From Tubiluchus corallicola (taxonomy: Eukaryota; Animalia; Priapulida): 55,215 bases of DNA. Position 1 is the first letter of the stretch. Every line of letters begins with the position of its first letter. The stretch covers positions 24,422 to 79,636 of the forward strand of contig JAQGDQ010000930.1 of the NCBI GenBank assembly GCA_030141605.1, read 5' to 3'. The notes under the pieces are model-generated. The model was not told the origin of the DNA, did no database searches, and saw only the letters and a list, made by a program, of their open reading frames with translations. The position numbers and the translations under genes were made by a program. Below, one piece after another: positions 48,745 to 55,215 of this stretch.

Positions 48745-51700
48745 ATTATTACATCATTTACTTCATCCTTTTTTACATTGAGTTACCTACAGAAGCATGC
48801 ATAACTATAATCATTTCTTCATTTAAGTAAGGTGAGTGTGTTAATGACCGTATGGTCGTACACTCACCTCGCACTCCTCAAATTATTACATCATTTACTT
48901 CATCCTTATTTACATTAAGTTATCTACAGAAGCATGCATAACTATAATCATTTTTTCATTTAAGTAAGGTGAGTGTGTTAATGACCGTATGGTCGTACAC
49001 TCACCTCGCACTACTCAAATTATTACATCATTTACTTCATCCTTATTTACATTAAGTTATCTACAGAAGCATGCATAACTATAATCATTTTTTCATTTAA
49101 GTAAGGTGAGTGTGTTAATGACCGTATGGTCGTACACTCACCTCGCACTACTCAAATTATTACATCATTTACTTCATCCTTATTTACATTAAGTTATCTA
49201 CAGAAGCATGCATAACTATAATCATTTTTTCATTTAAGTAAGGTGAGTGTGTTAATGACCGTATGGTCGTACACTCACCTCGCACTACTCAAATTATTAC
49301 ATCATTTACTTCATCCTTATTTACATTAAGTTATCTACAGAAGCATGCATAACTATAATCATTTTTTCATTTAAGTAAGGTGAGTGTGTTAATGACCGTA
49401 TGGTCGTACACTCACCTCGCACTACTCAAATTATTACATCATTTACTTCATCCTTATTTACATTAAGTTATCTACAGAAGCATGCATAACTATAATCATT
49501 TTTTCATTTAAGTAAGGTGAGTGTGTTAATGACCGTATGGTCGTACACTCACCTCGCACTACTCAAATTATTACATCATTTACTTCATCCTTATTTACAT
49601 TAAGTTATCTACAGAAGCATGCATAACTATAATCATTTTTTCATTTAAGTAAGGTGAGTGTGTTAATGACCGTATGGTCGTACACTCACCTCGCACTACT
49701 CAAATTATTACATCATTTACTTCATCCTTATTTACATTAAGTTATCTACAGAAGCATGCATAATTATAATCATTTTTTCATTTAAGTAAGGTGAGTGTGT
49801 TAATGACCGTATGGTCGTACACTCACCTCGCACTACTCAAATTATTACATCATTTACTTCATCCTTATTTACATTAAGTTATCTACAGAAGCATGCATAA
49901 CTATAATCATTTTTTCATTTAAGTAAGGTGAGTGTGTTAATGACCGTATGGTCGTACACTCACCTCGCACTACTCAAATTATTACATCATTTACTTCATC
50001 CTTATTTACATTAAGTTATCTACAGAAGCATGCATAACTATAATCATTTTTTCATTTAAGTAAGGTGAGTGTGTTAATGACCGTATGGTCGTACACTCAC
50101 CTCGCACTACTCAAATTATTACATCATTTACTTCATCCTTATTTACATTAAGTTATCTACAGAAGCATGCATAACTATAATCATTTTTTCATTTAAGTAA
50201 GGTGAGTGTGTTAATGACCGTATGGTCGTACACTCACCTCGCACTACTCAAATTATTACATCATTTACTTCATCCTTATTTACATTAAGTTATCTACAGA
50301 AGCATGCATAACTATAATCATTTTTTCATTTAAGTAAGGTGAGTGTGTTAATGACCGTATGGTCGTACACTCACCTCGCACTACTCAAATTATTACATCA
50401 TTTACTTCATCCTTATTTACATTAAGTTATCTACAGAAGCATGCATAACTATAATCATTTTTTCATTTAAGTAAGGTGAGTGTGTTAATGACCGTATGGT
50501 CGTACACTCACCTCGCACTACTCAAATTATTACATCATTTACTTCATCCTTATTTACATTAAGTTATCTACAGAAGCATGCATAACTATAATCATTTTTT
50601 CATTTAAGTAAGGTGAGTGTGTTAATGACCGTATGGTCGTACACTCACCTCGCACTACTCAAATTATTACATCATTTACTTCATCCTTATTTACATTAAG
50701 TTATCTACAGAAGCATGCATAACTATAATCATTTTTTCATTTAAGTAAGGTGAGTGTGTTAATGACCGTATGGTCGTACACTCACCTCGCACTACTCAAA
50801 TTATTACATCATTTACTTCATCCTTATTTACATTAAGTTATCTACAGAAGCATGCATAACTATAATCATTTTTTCATTTAAGTAAGGTGAGTGTGTTAAT
50901 GACCGTATGGTCGTACACTCACCTCGCACTACTCAAATTATTACATCATTTACTTCATCCTTATTTACATTAAGTTATCTACAGAAGCATGCATAACTAT
51001 AATCATTTTTTCATTTAAGTAAGGTGAGTGTGTTAATGACCGTATGGTCGTACACTCACCTCGCACTACTCAAATTATTACATCATTTACTTCATCCTTA
51101 TTTACATTAAGTTATCTACAGAAGCATGCATAACTATAATCATTTTTTCATTTAAGTAAGGTGAGTGTGTTAATGACCGTATGGTCGTACACTCACCTCG
51201 CACTACTCAAATTATTACATCATTTACTTCATCCTTATTTACATTAAGTTATCTACAGAAGCATGCATAACTATAATCATTTTTTCATTTAAGTAAGGTG
51301 AGTGTGTTAATGACCGTATGGTCGTACACTCACCTCGCACTACTCAAATTATTACATCATTTACTTCATCCTTATTTACATTAAGTTATCTACAGAAGCA
51401 TGCATAACTATAATCATTTTTTCATTTAAGTAAGGTGAGTGTGTTAATGACCGTATGGTCGTACACTCACCTCGCACTACTCAAATTATTACATCATTTA
51501 CTTCATCCTTATTTACATTAAGTTATCTACAGAAGCATGCATAACTATAATCATTTTTTCATTTAAGTAAGGTGAGTGTGTTAATGACCGTATGGTCGTA
51601 CACTCACCTCGCACTACTCAAATTATTACATCATTTACTTCATCCTTATTTACATTAAGTTATCTACAGAAGCATGCATAACTATAATCATTTTTTCATT

Positions 51701-53262
51701 TAAGTAAGGTGAGTGTGTTAATGACCGTATGGTCGTACACTCACCTCGCACTACTCAAATTATTACATCATTTACTTCATCCTTATTTACATTAAGTTAT
51801 CTACAGAAGCATGCATAACTATAATCATTTTTTCATTTAAGTAAGGTGAGTGTGTTAATGACCGTATGGTCGTACACTCACCTCGCACTACTCAAATTAT
51901 TACATCATTTACTTCATCCTTATTTACATTAAGTTATCTACAGAAGCATGCATAACTATAATCATTTTTTCATTTAAGTAAGGTGAGTGTGTTAATGACC
52001 GTATGGTCGTACACTCACCTCGCACTACTCAAATTATTACATCATTTACTTCATCCTTATTTACATTAAGTTATCTACAGAAGCATGCATAACTATAATC
52101 ATTTTTTCATTTAAGTAAGGTGAGTGTGTTAATGACCGTATGGTCGTACACTCACCTCGCACTACTCAAATTATTACATCATTTACTTCATCCTTATTTA
52201 CATTAAGTTATCTACAGAAGCATGCATAACTATAATCATTTTTTCATTTAAGTAAGGTGAGTGTGTTAATGACCGTATGGTCGTACACTCACCTCGCACT
52301 ACTCAAATTATTACATCATTTACTTCATCCTTATTTACATTAAGTTATCTACAGAAGCATGCATAACTATAATCATTTTTTCATTTAAGTATGGTGAGTG
52401 TGTTAATGACCGTATGGTCGTACACTCACCTCGCACTACTCAAATTATTACATCATTTACTTCATCCTTATTTACATTAAGTTATCTACAGAAGCATGCA
52501 TAACTATAATCATTTTTTCATTTAAGTAAGGTGAGTGTGTTAATGACCGTATGGTCGTACACTCACCTCGCACTACTCAAATTATTACATCATTTACTTC
52601 ATCCTTATTTACATTAAGTTATCTACAGAAGCATGCATAACTATAATCATTTTTTCATTTAAGTAAGGTGAGTGTGTTAATGACCGTATGGTCGTACACT
52701 CACCTCGCACTACTCAAATTATTACATCATTTACTTCATCCTTATTTACATTAAGTTATCTACAGAAGCATGCATAACTATAATCATTTTTTCATTTAAG
52801 TAAGGTGAGTGTGTTAATGACCGTATGGTCGTACACTCACCTCGCACTACTCAAATTATTACATCATTTACTTCATCCTTATTTACATTAGGTTATCTAC
52901 AGAAGCATGCATAACTATAATCATTTTTTCATTTAAGTAAGGTGAGTGTGTTAATGACCGTATGGTCGTACACTCACCTCGCACTACTCAAATTATTACA
53001 TCATTTACTTCATCCTTATTTATATTAAGTTATCTACAGAAGCATGCATAACTATAATCATTTTTTCATTTAAGTAAGGTGAGTGTGTTAATGACCGTAT
53101 GGTCGTACACTCACCTCGCACTACTCAAATTATTACATCATTTACTTCATCCTTATTTATATTAAGTTATCTACAGAAGCATGCATAACTATAATCATTT
53201 TTTCATTTAAGTAAGGTGAGTGTGTTAATGACCGTACACTCACCTCGAACTACTCAAATTAT
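48745..53262. repeat. 137-bp hairpin satellite, array 2 (~33 nearly identical copies)
   Basis: CATCCTTATTTAC at 48901, 49038 and onward; followed by an AATAAA-containing tail at ~53310. Confidence 0.97.
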
Positions 53263-53452
53263 TTTCTTTAAAGTTTATTAATGTGTTTGATGTTGTATTT
53301 TGATGTGTGAAAATAAATTCATGGTTCATAGTCAAAGCTTCTAGAAAGTTACATTTATTTCATGGGCAAGTTTAGATCAGATAAAGTCAATCATTCAAAA
53401 CCATTGACTGTTGAGTGAAAAAGGTTTTCTTTGTCGTAAAATTGTCGTAGGA

Positions 53453-53765
53453 AATCTTGCTATCCCCAGCATCCGAAAAGTTCTCTCAATCTTGCTATCC
53501 TCAGCATCCGAAAAGTTCTCTCAATCTTGCTATCCTCAGCATCCGAAAAGTTCTCTGAATCTTGCTATCCTCAACATCCGAAAAGTTCTCTGAATCTTGC
53601 TATCCTCAGCATCTGAAAAGTTCTCTGAATCTTGCTATCCTCAGCATCCGAAAAGTTCTCTCAATCTTGCTATCCTCAGCATCCGAAAAGTTCTCTGAAT
53701 CTTGCTATCCTCAGCATCCGAAAAGTTCTCTCAATCTTTCTATCCTCAGCATCTGAAAAGTTCTC
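53453..53765. repeat. 35-bp minisatellite x~9 abutting the exon-6 acceptor
   Basis: AATCTTGCTATCCTCAGCATCCGAAAAGTTCTCTC/G. Confidence 0.94.
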
Positions 53766-53777
53766 CCTCCTTTGCAG

Positions 53778-53942
53778 AAGTGCAGAAACCGGAGGTCACA
53801 GCGGAGAAGGAAAGGGATCCCAGCCGTTCAACCCAGAAATCGAGAAAGCGTCGTAGGCCGAAGCAGGATGCGGATTCGGATGCCGACACGGATAGCGACG
53901 ACGATGAAGACGAACAGTATTTCTGGTGTAGATACTGCGAAG
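53778..53942 (+). CDS. zinc-finger gene exon 6 (NLS, acidic tract, start of another finger); gene continues beyond the window
   Basis: tttgcag acceptor; (E)VQKPEVTAEKERDPSRSTQKSRKRRRPKQDADSDADTDSDDDEDEQYFWCRYCE; donor G|GTAAGA; phase 1-1. Confidence 0.85.
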
Positions 53943-54016
53943 GTAAGATTGAAATTTTGACTACTTGTTTCGTGTTACAGTGTTGCCAGTTGGTGTAATT
54001 TAAAAAAAGAGCTTTT

Positions 54017-54485
54017 CATTGTTCCCTCGATACTTCTCGGTTCGTTTATCGCGGACTCGCTGTTTCGAGGGGTTTTCGAAAATATTAATGTAAAATATTT
54101 ATCGCGGCATTTTCGCTGTTTCGCGGGTTTTTGCGGTACTACGTCTAAAGTATTTTTGCACATGCGTAGTACGTATTGTACAGTAATGTATAGATCTGAT
54201 GAATTTTGCATAAAAAAAATCACAAAATGTATTAAAATATATTAAAAATAATAATTGTAACATACATGAATATTATAAATCATAAAAATTGCCATTTACA
54301 GTAAATAGTGTATTTACTCGGCGGATGAATGCTCACCAAAAACGAAATGTAGTACTTGCGCCCGCTTGAGATGCTACTTGCCGACGTGAAACTACTAAAA
54401 TAAGTATAGCGTCCCTACTTCGCGGAAATTCAGTTATCGCTGGTGGGCCTGGAACTGAACACCCGCGATGAGTGAGGGAACACTG
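54017..54485. mobile_element. Tc1/pogo (Tigger-like) MITE
   Basis: CATTGTTCCCTC / GAGGGAACACTG-TA termini with TTCGCGG subterminal motifs. Confidence 0.8.
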
Positions 54486-54694
54486 TATGCTGTCACATGT
54501 ACACAACACTAGCTCTGATCATCGTAATTAAAGGAAACCGCCTGTCAGAAAGTTTGCAATTTCTTGCAGACAGTAACATGCAGAGCAGTTCACACTTGCG
54601 ACTTCGTTTCCAAACTGAAAAATTGTGACAGAAAACTCACTAGTCTAAAACTATCTATCTTGATGGATTGTTCTCTAAAGGCTCAAACGTTATA

Positions 54695-55200
54695 CAGTCA
54701 TGCGTCCGTTTTCGAACGTCTCCGTTGTCGTACAAATCGGTTTTCGACCAGAAAATTTGAGCGGAAATTGTCTCCGCTTTCGACCAGAATTTCGGTACAC
54801 GATCAGCCGCCAAACACGTGATGAACGCATGCGCGGTGAGCAGAGTAGAGCCGAGCGTAACCGACCGTGCCCGAGAGTAGTCACGCACGTGTTTTGATTT
54901 GCTTACATATGCTTTCTATGCTTATTTCTCTCCGCTTTTTCCATACAGGAACAATTATGTTTTTCTTTCCAAGGAATTCTATTATGTTTTTCTTATCAAT
55001 TATATTACATCTACTGTTTGAATAAACATTTTTGCATTATTATATTTCATTTTAGTAATACTCTACAGTTCATTTGGTGCTTGAGAATGGATTATTTGCT
55101 TTTGCATTATTTCTTATGGGAATAAATGATTCGGTTCTCAACCAAATCGGTTTTCAAACACTTTAGGAACGAATTTTGGTCGAAAATAGAGGTATGACTA
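54695..55200. mobile_element. Tc1/pogo MITE B, inverted copy
   Basis: TA-CAGTCATGCGTC ... GAGGTATGACTA-TA; reverse complement of 28679-29261. Confidence 0.85.
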
Positions 55201-55215
55201 TATCTGCGCTTGCAA

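Noticed and set aside
48920-48975. Tandem array of coding 39-nt micro-exons
   Set aside because: AAGCATGCATAACTATAATCATTTTTTCATTTAAGTAAG has a stop codon in all three frames
48745-53262. CRISPR-like array (palindromic repeat at regular spacing); also considered for 1-645 and 6261-12574
   Set aside because: Intervening sequences are identical rather than unique spacers, there are no cas genes, and the context is eukaryotic

Overview
Repeat-rich animal genomic DNA (probably an invertebrate; taxon not determinable), with AT-rich introns and GC-richer exons. Three intron-containing genes could be spliced by hand with consistent phases. (1) A ZDHHC24-like DHHC palmitoyltransferase (+, 3 coding exons, 3952-14882, 282 aa). 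(2) An OSGEPL1/Qri7/TsaD-family mitochondrial tRNA t6A threonylcarbamoyltransferase (-, 9 coding exons, 32211-18592, 420 aa), with an intact ORF, several substituted active-site motifs and one GC-AG intron. (3) The 5' part of an atypical C2H2/C2HC zinc-finger gene (+, from 35775, running off the window) with a tandemly duplicated 66-nt exon. Introns and intergenic DNA hold many satellites (71, ~22, 66, ~66 telomere-like, 48, 72, 21, 137 and 35 bp units), hAT and Tc1/pogo MITEs, RTE and L2/CR1 LINE fragments, a tRNA/Meta-type SINE, a full-length 5S-rRNA-headed SINE with a bipartite RTE body and 13-bp TSD, and a degenerate Penelope-type hammerhead motif. Most notable: the active-site-divergent OSGEPL1, the 5S/RTE SINE, a 6.3-kb satellite enclosed by transposon-like inverted repeats, and zinc-finger-gene introns whose tandem repeats carry splice-signal motifs, including a 137-bp unit whose perfect 5' splice site lies in a hairpin stem. 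Family assignments come from recalled motifs, not database searches.
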